This document shows, one piece after another, positions 56,210 to 64,000 of a DNA stretch of 64,000 bases; position 1 is the first letter of the stretch, and every line of letters starts with the position of its first letter. Where the stretch lies: IMG/VR virus record IMGVR_UViG_3300044984_001006, one strand, 5' to 3'. The translations under genes were made by a program, and so were the position numbers. Under the pieces are notes generated by a model. That model did no database searches. It had not been told where the DNA came from and worked only from the letters and a program-made list of their open reading frames with translations. This DNA is from an uncultured virus (IMG/VR IMGVR_UViG_3300044984_001006). Taxonomy: Duplodnaviria > Heunggongvirae > Uroviricota > Caudoviricetes > Crassvirales.

Positions 56210-57937
56210 TTAAATTTCCCAAGGCATTTTATCGTTAGAAGTATCTATTGGTATATGAGGAATAAAGCAACCACTTTGACTTTCCCATTTAAAATGACAT
56301 TCAGCACCATTCTCTCCAAGGTTCTGAAACTTACATTTTAATACTTTAACCTTAACGGTTTTATCTTCATAGTTTCTATGAACTAATAAACCATGATAAG
56401 AAGCATCATACCATTCACCACCACCTTTAATATTATACATAGTAGGTTCTTCAATATTACCTTTTGTATCTTTATACATTTTTGTAGGGTGAGCTACAAT
56501 CATAACAAGTACATCATACTTTTTAGCAAAGATTTCAATCTTACTTAAGTATTCTAATGTATAAACATTAACATCACCAGAAGCATCGTTATCTCTTACT
56601 TTATTAAATGGATCAATAACTAAACATTTGATTCCTTTGCGTTTAACAAGCTCTGCTCCTTTTCTAAGGACTGAATCTAATGTATAACGTTCCATATCAA
56701 TGAAAAAATAATTGTCATTAACATGATCAGCTATTTGATTCCACTTTTCAGTTTTAATATCTGCTACAGTAGGCATACCTTGCCACGTTTTACGCATTAA
56801 CTTGTGAGCATGCAAATATGTTGGTGTATTTTCAGGTGAAGCATAAGCTGTTTTCCAACCATACTTTTCATTGTAACCAACAACCATTTGATCTACAAAA
56901 TCAGACTTACCAGAAGACGGTATACCGGTAACAGTAATGAATTGACCAGTGTACGTAGAAAAAATATTATCAAAATTATCCAAGCCAACTTGGAACCCAG
57001 GTTTGAATCCGTTTCGAACAAAGTCCGTAACTTCATCTTCAATATCTCTAAAAGTTGTAACATTTTCTAAAGGAACAGGTTTAGATCTTGAAATTCTTTG
57101 TGATAAAGCTTCAGGACCGTATTTAAGTAAATATTCATTTGCATCTTTGCAATCTTCAAACGATGCGATATAACAGATTTCAGAACCTAATCTTCTAACT
57201 AGTTCTGTTTGTAATGCTTGACCAGCAGGATCAGAATCAACCGCAATAATGATTCTTTCTTTGTCATCAAAATAATCAATACAGTTATCTAAGTACTCAA
57301 GATTGTTTGTACCTAACGTTGCTCCATTTGGAACAGATATTGCATTAGTGATTCCTGCTTCATGTAATGCAAGGACATCCATTTCGCCTTCAACAATAAC
57401 ACAGTACTCATAACCAACAATACTATTAATATTATAAAAAACTTTTTCAGCACCTTTGTATAATTTAAAATTCTTTTTGCCGTCTCGGTATTTTATATTG
57501 ATAAGTTGATCGCCAACAAAGTAATTGAAATGTATAGCATTTTCAGTTTTGCCAGTTTGTGGCATAAATTCTTGGCCTTCTGATATTCTTAATTCTTGTA
57601 ATGTTGTTTGTGATATACCTCGATCATTAAACCACTTTAATACTTTTTCATTGTATGGATAATCTAATCCGGAATCAATGACGGCATCTCTTTCAGGTTT
57701 AACATATACTTTTTCACTTTTACCTTTGCGTTGATAAGTATGAAGTTGAAATGTTTTAGAACAGTTATGACAAGTACCAATACCTCGTTCCCAATCATAA
57801 GAAGCACATTTTGCTTTTTCATTTTTAGGCTTTCTATCAGGTGAACACAACGGACAAATACCTTGCGACTTTCCTTCTTCAAGCTTGTATTGATTGAATT
57901 GGTCAATCAAGAAACCATTTATCTCAGTTGTTTGCAT
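56210..57937 (-). CDS. Primase-helicase (T7 gp4/Twinkle-like)
   Basis: Zn finger CPLC...CHNC, TOPRIM VEGEMD / D.D.AG / KDANE, Walker A TGIPSSGKS, VIDP and VAHP. Confidence 0.92.
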   Translation of the reverse strand: MQTTEINGFLIDQFNQYKLEEGKSQGICPLCSPDRKPKNEKAKCASYDWERGIGTCHNCSKTFQLHTYQRKGKSEKVYVKPERDAVIDSGLDYPYNEKVLKWFNDRGISQTTLQELRISEGQEFMPQTGKTENAIHFNYFVGDQLINIKYRDGKKNFKLYKGAEKVFYNINSIVGYEYCVIVEGEMDVLALHEAGITNAISVPNGATLGTNNLEYLDNCIDYFDDKERIIIAVDSDPAGQALQTELVRRLGSEICYIASFEDCKDANEYLLKYGPEALSQRISRSKPVPLENVTTFRDIEDEVTDFVRNGFKPGFQVGLDNFDNIFSTYTGQFITVTGIPSSGKSDFVDQMVVGYNEKYGWKTAYASPENTPTYLHAHKLMRKTWQGMPTVADIKTEKWNQIADHVNDNYFFIDMERYTLDSVLRKGAELVKRKGIKCLVIDPFNKVRDNDASGDVNVYTLEYLSKIEIFAKKYDVLVMIVAHPTKMYKDTKGNIEEPTMYNIKGGGEWYDASYHGLLVHRNYEDKTVKVKVLKCKFQNLGENGAECHFKWESQSGCFIPHIPIDTSNDKMPWEI

Positions 57938-57973
57938 TTAGTATTTAATTTGATTGTTAATAATTATAGATAG

Positions 57974-57996
57974 AAAAACCCCAACTTGTGGGGTTT
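57974..57996 (-). terminator. Intrinsic terminator-like hairpin upstream of the primase-helicase
   Basis: Minus strand AAACCCCA-CAAGT-TGGGGTTTTT. Confidence 0.6.
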
Positions 57997-58162
57997 AACT
58001 AACTAAAGCGTGTTAGTGGGCGATGGTTCAAAAACCGTCACAGCCTATTAAGATCGATTCTTTTTTGTAACCTCTGCAGTGGTGTCGATCAACGCCGCTT
58101 ATTATAAAGCTGTCCAGACTAGATCCTGCTTTCGCTACCTAGAGTTCGTCCTACTTTATACT

Positions 58163-58477
58163 TTAAAATGGTAAATCATCTTCTGGTGCTGCTGGTGGTG
58201 CATATTGTTGTGCTCCTCCAGCATCTGTTCTTGGTGCTGCTGCTACGTTTGTGCCATCAGTCCATACAATTTTTACATTACCTAAGTAAACTTTTGGTGC
58301 TTTACTTTCTCTTTCTTCTTTTGATTGTTCTACAATCATTGGTCCTTGATTACCGAATTGATCAGGATCATTGTTTAATGTAATTGTGATGGGCAGGTAT
58401 TTTCCTTTCTTGCCCTCGATGATCTTGTGTTTTGGGATTTCATTTAAGTTGATGCTACATTTTATAATAGAAGCCAT
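58163..58477 (-). CDS. Single-stranded DNA-binding protein (putative)
   Basis: Short OB-like core with acidic DDLPF C-terminus; in the replication cluster. Confidence 0.7.
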   Translation of the reverse strand: MASIIKCSINLNEIPKHKIIEGKKGKYLPITITLNNDPDQFGNQGPMIVEQSKEERESKAPKVYLGNVKIVWTDGTNVAAAPRTDAGGAQQYAPPAAPEDDLPF

Positions 58478-58489
58478 ATTTTTTTTGTT

Positions 58490-59032
58490 TTAGTTAATAA
58501 TTTTATTTGATTTAATTTGATTTTCATTTGCCCATAAGGGTTGTAAATTTGAATAACAGCATAATTTAATTATATCTTCTTCATTTTTTGCACTATCTAA
58601 TGGTATTATATGATCTAAATGCCACTTGCCGTGGTTTTCCCAATTCATTCCTTCTTTAAATAGTGATTCTAAATATACTTTAAAATTTTCATAAGAACAT
58701 CCTATAATTTCTTCTGTACTTTTATTTTTTAAAAACTTTTTAGATTTTAGAAAATAATATATTCTGGTTCTAAGTATGTTTTTTAATTTATACAATGGAT
58801 TATTTCTTCTTCTATTTTTAGAGTATTCATTAATTTTAATTCTATTTTTAACTCTATACTTTTTAGAATATTCATTTTGCTGTTTTCTTATTTTTTCTTT
58901 ATTCTTTTCGTAGTATTCTTTTTGTAATACTCTAACATTACTTTTGTTACTTTTATAATATTCCTTATTATAGGAAAGCATATACTCTTTCATATATGCC
59001 TTCCTTTTTTCTTTACGTTCTTCTATAGTCAT
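58490..59032 (-). CDS. HNH homing endonuclease-like protein
   Basis: WHLDHIIP...YSNLQPLWA.EN..K.N with a Lys/Tyr-rich N-terminus. Confidence 0.85.
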   Translation of the reverse strand: MTIEERKEKRKAYMKEYMLSYNKEYYKSNKSNVRVLQKEYYEKNKEKIRKQQNEYSKKYRVKNRIKINEYSKNRRRNNPLYKLKNILRTRIYYFLKSKKFLKNKSTEEIIGCSYENFKVYLESLFKEGMNWENHGKWHLDHIIPLDSAKNEEDIIKLCCYSNLQPLWANENQIKSNKIIN

Positions 59033-59246
59033 AACTAAATTATTTATATATTGTTATGCTTTTATAATTACGTAAATTTTTAAAGTTTTAAATTTTCTTT
59101 TATAAAATTAATTAAATTATCCATTGTTTCAAAAACAAATGGTACTGGTTTAGCTTTACCACTTAGATCTATATAATTTGTATTTACACTAACTATATAT
59201 CCATTCTTAGCAGTTTCAACTGATAAGTTATAAACGTTTTCCATAA

Positions 59247-59432
59247 CTATTTTGTTTTTACAGTATCTACCTTTGTTGTGTCTAATTGTGTTGAATCAAC
59301 TACTGTTGAATCTGTACTCATTGAGTCAGCTGCTTTGACTGTGTCTGTTGCTGGTGCTGTTTCTGTTTTCTTGTCATTACAAGATACTAATAACGTTGTT
59401 ACTGTTGCTAATGTTAAAATTACTTTTTTCAT
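59247..59432 (-). CDS. Small lipoprotein
   Basis: Lipobox LLVSC followed by Asp/Ser/Thr-rich repeats. Confidence 0.7.
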   Translation of the reverse strand: MKKVILTLATVTTLLVSCNDKKTETAPATDTVKAADSMSTDSTVVDSTQLDTTKVDTVKTK

Positions 59433-59436
59433 GGTT

Positions 59437-60177
59437 TTAAAGGGTTTCGGTTATACAATAATTTTTAATATCAAAATTCTCTGTTTTGTGGAATAATCTG
59501 TAAGCTTCCACTGCTCGTTCTACTTTGTCTTTACCTGATTCTAAAAATTGTGGTGAACAATCGTAAATACCAATCTTTCTAGACTTCTTATCAACAGCTA
59601 TAAATACCATATCCATATTAAAATATGTAGAATAAATATATGCTTGACTATCATAATTATATTCTTTTGCTGAATATCTAAACTTGTCAATATCAGATGT
59701 CGTCTTTAGATCTACTACTAATGATTGCGTATTATTTTTAATATCTGCTTTTAATTTCCACCATTCGCCACTAAGATTTAATACTCCTGGTACTTCATAT
59801 TCAACATCTATGTCTCGTATAAGATCACGTGCTATTTTGTTTTCCATAACAGTATCTCTCAATAATTGTATACTATCAGCTTCATGTTGCAACAAACACA
59901 TTTCACCTTCAGACAATTCTTTATACTTTGAGGTATTTCTAGTTGATGCATCGATAATCTTTATACGTTCTAGTTTATCAGGTTCAAGTATTAATGTATG
60001 AAAATAACTACCTATTATTAAATTAGGATTGTTTGTGATTGGTTGATTAAAAGATAATGGATCTTTTAACAAAGACCTTATGTTTGAATTTGATAAGAAC
60101 TTTTTACCAAACTCTCCATAATAGTCTTCGTCATTCTCCAGCCTTTTTAATGTTGCTTTTATTTCTTTTTCTGTCAT
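59437..60177 (-). CDS. PD-(D/E)xK exonuclease (RecE/DUF3799-like)
   Basis: LS.S.I, GS.FH..ILEP, K.KAD, VDLKTT and Y..QA.IY. Confidence 0.8.
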   Translation of the reverse strand: MTEKEIKATLKRLENDEDYYGEFGKKFLSNSNIRSLLKDPLSFNQPITNNPNLIIGSYFHTLILEPDKLERIKIIDASTRNTSKYKELSEGEMCLLQHEADSIQLLRDTVMENKIARDLIRDIDVEYEVPGVLNLSGEWWKLKADIKNNTQSLVVDLKTTSDIDKFRYSAKEYNYDSQAYIYSTYFNMDMVFIAVDKKSRKIGIYDCSPQFLESGKDKVERAVEAYRLFHKTENFDIKNYCITETL

Positions 60178-60737
60178 AGAGTTGCTAAGATTTCAGGTGA
60201 TACATCATATTTAGTTTTGATAGCATCTAAACTACCACCTTTCTCTAAATATTCTTTTGCTTTAACTAAAGCTTCGCCTTCTAATTTAGGTTTTGCTGCA
60301 GCAGGTTTCTTTGTGTTATGCTCGTTTGTAGCATCTGCATCTTGTGTATCATCAATCAATAATAAATTACCAAGTGCATACTTTTTACCATAACTAGATG
60401 CTGATCCAAACTTTTGTGGCATCTGCATACCTTTTTGTTCTAAGTCAACTCCTACAATTGCTGATGCTGAAATTCTACTTAAATTGTCAGAAATAGAAGC
60501 AGTAGTTTCTATAATAGGAAATGGTGAATTAGCTTCATAAAGTAATGTCTCAGATACTACAACAGATACACCAAGCTCAAGCAAGTACGGTTTGATTGCT
60601 TCTAATATATCTTCAGCAGATCTAAAATTATACTTACCAAAAGAATTAAACCTAGACTTTTTAGATTTAAACTTGGTTTGTATTGTGGCTAACTTTTCAT
60701 TTAGTGTTAACTCTTTTTCATTCGTTTTTGTTGCCAT
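60174..60737 (-). CDS. ERF-family single-strand annealing protein
   Basis: N.FGKY.FRSAEDILEA.KP and Q..GSASSYG.KYAL..L..IDD..D.D. Confidence 0.85.
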   Translation of the reverse strand: MATKTNEKELTLNEKLATIQTKFKSKKSRFNSFGKYNFRSAEDILEAIKPYLLELGVSVVVSETLLYEANSPFPIIETTASISDNLSRISASAIVGVDLEQKGMQMPQKFGSASSYGKKYALGNLLLIDDTQDADATNEHNTKKPAAAKPKLEGEALVKAKEYLEKGGSLDAIKTKYDVSPEILATL

Positions 60738-60817
60738 ATAATTTGATTTAATTGTTAATGTTCTTATTAATATAATTACGTATTTTTATTATTTTTTAGT
60801 CATTTATTGAATTTAAC

Positions 60818-61576
60818 TTAAAGAAAATCAAGTACTTGTGAGGAATCTACATTATTAATTAATTTAGCGATTGCTTGCTTTTTTAACTCGTAAACTCTTA
60901 CATAAGAACTTTTACCTTGGAAGTTTAACTTCTCTGCAATTGCTACAGCGGAATGTTTATCACAATCTAAACCATAGCTTAATCGGAGCACATCGTATTC
61001 TTCTTGATTCAAATGTCTTTTTAATAATGAAGTAAGATAAGCATTCATAATACATATATTATACGGTTCAGATTCATCTTTAACTTGGTATAACATATTC
61101 TCTTCGTCTTCATCATTAAACTGTTCGTCGATGCTTAGAAATATAGAATTGAAAAACATTGCAACCATTTCTTTGTTCTGGCCATTATCTTTTCTAATTT
61201 CAATTAACTTATGCTCTGGAAGTTTAATATTGCCTCTATTAATATCTAAAGCTCTTCTAATTGAGCCTTTAATTCTTTTTGATAAGAATGACTTTAACGT
61301 TTTTTCTATGTCCTTAGAATCGTTTAATTGTGCCCAATCTAATCTATTGACTGCTTGTATTAATCCATAACTTCCTTCCTGTATTAAATCTGTAATATCT
61401 AATACACCTGCTGCTTGTTGTGATGTTGAGAATTTTCTAGATATGTTTTCAACTAATGGTAAAAACTTGTTAATCAATTCATCTCGTGTATATTCACTCC
61501 ATGCTCTATTAATCGGTTGCCCAACAATAACATCTTTTTTATATCTTAAATAATTTTGTAAATTGTAGCTTTTCAT
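60818..61576 (-). CDS. Phage-encoded sigma-70 family RNA polymerase sigma factor
   Basis: Region 2 LPLVENISRKF...DLIQEGSYGLIQAV; region 4 VLRLSYGL......IAEKL......RV..LK..A..KL. Confidence 0.85.
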   Translation of the reverse strand: MKSYNLQNYLRYKKDVIVGQPINRAWSEYTRDELINKFLPLVENISRKFSTSQQAAGVLDITDLIQEGSYGLIQAVNRLDWAQLNDSKDIEKTLKSFLSKRIKGSIRRALDINRGNIKLPEHKLIEIRKDNGQNKEMVAMFFNSIFLSIDEQFNDEDEENMLYQVKDESEPYNICIMNAYLTSLLKRHLNQEEYDVLRLSYGLDCDKHSAVAIAEKLNFQGKSSYVRVYELKKQAIAKLINNVDSSQVLDFL

Positions 61577-61730
61577 ATTTATTCTTTATAGTTATAGTAT
61601 GTTGCAAAACTTTCGTAATCATTATTACAGCCTTCGCATAAAAGATCTTCTGTAAAACCTTCTGTTATTACAGAATAACATCCATTGCATAGTGTTGCAC
61701 CTATTCCGTTATTAAATTTATGTATTGGTG

Positions 61731-61952
61731 TCATAATCCTTTTTCTTTTTTAAAAATTTCTAATTCTTTTTCATATAAAGTAAATTTATTTGCACCAATA
61801 GTTTTAGCAATAGTCTGCTCCGCAAATTCTATCATATAATTATAAATCCACTCATCAAATTCTAAATAGTAATCTTCATAAGGTCCAGAGAACGCAGGTC
61901 TTTCTTTTATACATTCTTTTACATATTCATTATATTTTTCTATTAAAGTCAT
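61731..61952 (-). CDS. Hypothetical protein (IFKKEKGL family)
   Basis: ORF track. Confidence 0.55.
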   Translation of the reverse strand: MTLIEKYNEYVKECIKERPAFSGPYEDYYLEFDEWIYNYMIEFAEQTIAKTIGANKFTLYEKELEIFKKEKGL

Positions 61953-62569
61953 AATTGTTTATTTAATAATTCTTTTTCTTTTTTAAGTTCATTACTCATG
62001 TTTCTATGTATTGTTCTTGTGGAACATTTAAAATGCTCTGCAATATTCTTTATTGTTATTTTTTGTGATATATCATGCATGTAAAGCATCGCTTCATATA
62101 TATCAGATTCAGTTACTTTTTTACTTTTACCAATTATATGCCCTACAATTGATAACTTTTCAGAAGTGGTTAAACCTGTATTGTCTTTAAATATAATCTT
62201 ACGCAATTTGTTTGGTGGTGGTTTTTCTAAATCAACCATACTAACATCGTATAAAATATTTTCTAAAGCATGCTCTGATATATTAAAAGTAACAAAGCCA
62301 TTAGATCTTGTACATATAAATTTTGCTAACGTTTCAAATTGATCTTGACTCATTGAATGATTAAGATACCATAATACATACAAATGCCATTTCAATGATT
62401 TATATGTGTTAATTTGAGCCCGTGAATTAAATAATGTATAGCATTCGCGAGTTCCATTTTCAAAGTAATAACCCCAATCATACTCTGCTGAACACTTATC
62501 ATTAATAGGATCTTGTCTATATAATATTCTTCGTTTATTTAAGTATTCTATATTTCTTTCATCATGCAT
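61949..62569 (-). CDS. DNA-binding protein with C-terminal HTH (possible replication initiator or regulator)
   Basis: ITIKNIAEHFKCSTRTIHRNM HTH; preceded by inverted-repeat copy C. Confidence 0.6.
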   Translation of the reverse strand: MHDERNIEYLNKRRILYRQDPINDKCSAEYDWGYYFENGTRECYTLFNSRAQINTYKSLKWHLYVLWYLNHSMSQDQFETLAKFICTRSNGFVTFNISEHALENILYDVSMVDLEKPPPNKLRKIIFKDNTGLTTSEKLSIVGHIIGKSKKVTESDIYEAMLYMHDISQKITIKNIAEHFKCSTRTIHRNMSNELKKEKELLNKQL

Positions 62570-62581
62570 TATATTAAATTT

Positions 62582-62637
62582 AAAAGTGTGACATTAGCCT
62601 GCTACTATAATTAATTAGCAACCTATCGTCGCATTTT
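62582..62637. repeat. Inverted-repeat element, copy C (opposite orientation)
   Basis: AAAAGTGTGACATTAG-N25-CTATCGTCGCATTTT. Confidence 0.7.
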
Positions 62638-62642
62638 AATTA

Positions 62643-62909
62643 TCATTTTAATTTATCTAATATTACTTTAAGTTGTTGTATTTTTGTTTTTGTAAGCTCT
62701 GCTTTTTCATAAGCCTCTGTTGTTATATACTCTGATAATAATAGTTGTAAACCAACCATTTGTTGTAATACCATATCGTATGTTAAATTCTGTTGATGAA
62801 CTTGGTCATAAGCATAATCATATTCTATTTGTTTACGCAATATCTTTTCAACAACTGTATCAGCTATTTTATTAATATCTTCTTGTGTTAGTCTTACGTT
62901 TAGTCTCAT
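62643..62909 (-). CDS. Hypothetical protein
   Basis: ORF track; follows the early-type promoter motif at 62913. Confidence 0.6.
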   Translation of the reverse strand: MRLNVRLTQEDINKIADTVVEKILRKQIEYDYAYDQVHQQNLTYDMVLQQMVGLQLLLSEYITTEAYEKAELTKTKIQQLKVILDKLK

Positions 62910-62914
62910 ATATA

Positions 62915-63112
62915 TTATCGTTTATTGTTCGTATTTGTTTTGTATTCAATTATAAATCCTATAGCAACAATTATATTCATTCCTAATGAAGCTATTATCT
63001 CGTGTATGTCTTCATATATATTTATAGTTAAATGCACGTGACCTACTACCCAGAATGGTATAGATAAATTACTGGCTATCCATGTTATAGTAAACATTAA
63101 GAATTGTTTCAT
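62915..63112 (-). CDS. Small membrane protein
   Basis: Two hydrophobic segments. Confidence 0.55.
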   Translation of the reverse strand: MKQFLMFTITWIASNLSIPFWVVGHVHLTINIYEDIHEIIASLGMNIIVAIGFIIEYKTNTNNKR

Positions 63113-63125
63113 ATCTTATTTGTTT

Positions 63126-63314
63126 TTAATTTTTATTATAATCTTCCTTTAATTCCGATGCTAATTCAATTATATGCTGATCAATTGTCATTTTTTGAAA
63201 TCCTATTTGACTAAGTAAACCATTAAATATTTCAAAATAATCTTCAACAGTTAAATCATCGTTTTTATGTTCAACTGTTACTGTTAAATCGTAAGTTTTA
63301 ATTTCTATTTTCAT
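63126..63314 (-). CDS. Hypothetical protein
   Basis: ORF track. Confidence 0.6.
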   Translation of the reverse strand: MKIEIKTYDLTVTVEHKNDDLTVEDYFEIFNGLLSQIGFQKMTIDQHIIELASELKEDYNKN

Positions 63315-63562
63315 ATCTCTTTCATTAATTTTTTAATGTCACCTATTGTATATATCCCTTGTCGTGAATTATCTAATGCATATACTTTTGTTTCATCCGG
63401 TAATTTACTTGCAAAATCATTAAGCCATCTTGAATTTTTAAATGATCTAAAAAATATATCATTAAAAAAGTTTTTGCTTATATATGGTTGTAATTCACCT
63501 TCTTCATCTAGTAAGATTGCATCATCTACTGGATATACTGGTATTCCAAATGTTGTACTCAT
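63311..63562 (-). CDS. Hypothetical protein
   Basis: ORF track. Confidence 0.6.
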   Translation of the reverse strand: MSTTFGIPVYPVDDAILLDEEGELQPYISKNFFNDIFFRSFKNSRWLNDFASKLPDETKVYALDNSRQGIYTIGDIKKLMKEI

Positions 63563-63741
63563 AATTATCTAATCTAAAAATATTTTTAAAGTTTCGCCAT
63601 TGTCTTGTATAGATATTTCAATACCATTGAAGTCATTCATTTCTTTATACAAGGTTAATAATCTTCCAATACGATGATCGTTATTAGCATGATTAATTAC
63701 TTCTATTCTGTTTATTTTTCTTTCATCTATTTCTTTCATAT

Positions 63742-63981
63742 TTATTCTTCTAAGTTAATTAATACTAATTCTTCAATTTCATTTAATTGTAAGCTAATAA
63801 GCATCTCTATAATGTTTATTTTAGAATCACTTACAAATATTTCATTTGCTTCAAAATATGGTCCGTCACCAGGATAGCCTAAAAAATCTGCATCATATTG
63901 TACAGAAGGAGTTGGCTCATAATAATCACCTACTACAATAAGTTCAACACCCATATAATCTATTGTTACTTCTTTTTCCAT
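63742..63981 (-). CDS. Hypothetical acidic protein
   Basis: ORF track. Confidence 0.6.
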   Translation of the reverse strand: MEKEVTIDYMGVELIVVGDYYEPTPSVQYDADFLGYPGDGPYFEANEIFVSDSKINIIEMLISLQLNEIEELVLINLEE

Positions 63982-64000
63982 GTCTTATTTGTTTTTAAAT

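Noticed and set aside
58115..58190. Hammerhead ribozyme (GGACGAAC on the minus strand)
   Set aside because: The required CUGANGA core and GAAA in the right context are missing
58490..59032. HNH gene as part of a self-splicing intron
   Set aside because: It lies between intact genes, and no interrupted host gene is evident
1..64000. Stop-codon reassignment
   Set aside because: Long genes are intact under the standard bacterial code, and TAA, TAG and TGA do not interrupt recognisable domains

Overview
This window is almost entirely the genome (or a large part of it) of an AT-rich, lytic-looking tailed dsDNA phage with podovirus-like gene content. The host is probably a Bacteroidota/Flavobacterium-type bacterium. 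That is an inference from the GNVGIGT-repeat fibre, the AT-rich leaders without Shine-Dalgarno sites and the DDLPF-ending SSB. There are three blocks. (1) Positions 1-7100, minus strand: many small early genes, most preceded by a conserved repeated promoter-like motif, plus a cluster of tRNA-like and structured RNAs at about 630-1400. (2) Positions 7620-50560, plus strand: tail fibres, lysis cassette, GroEL/GroES, terminase, portal, scaffold, major capsid, tail proteins and three probable ejection proteins, the last of 2871 aa. (3) Positions 50785-64000, minus strand: class II RNR, ThyA, MazG-like protein, primase-helicase, SSB, exonuclease/ERF recombination pair, a sigma factor and small ORFs. 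The most notable observations are: a textbook -1 frameshift signal (G GGA AAG plus hairpin/pseudoknot) at the start of the giant virion gene; a sigma-70 region-2-like segment inside that giant protein, paired with a 13-copy early promoter motif, suggesting an injected sigma factor; a second promoter class for the separately encoded sigma; an overprinted small gene inside the scaffold gene; and two further repeated DNA elements in the early/terminal region. All calls are from motif recognition by eye. No database searches or folding computations were run.
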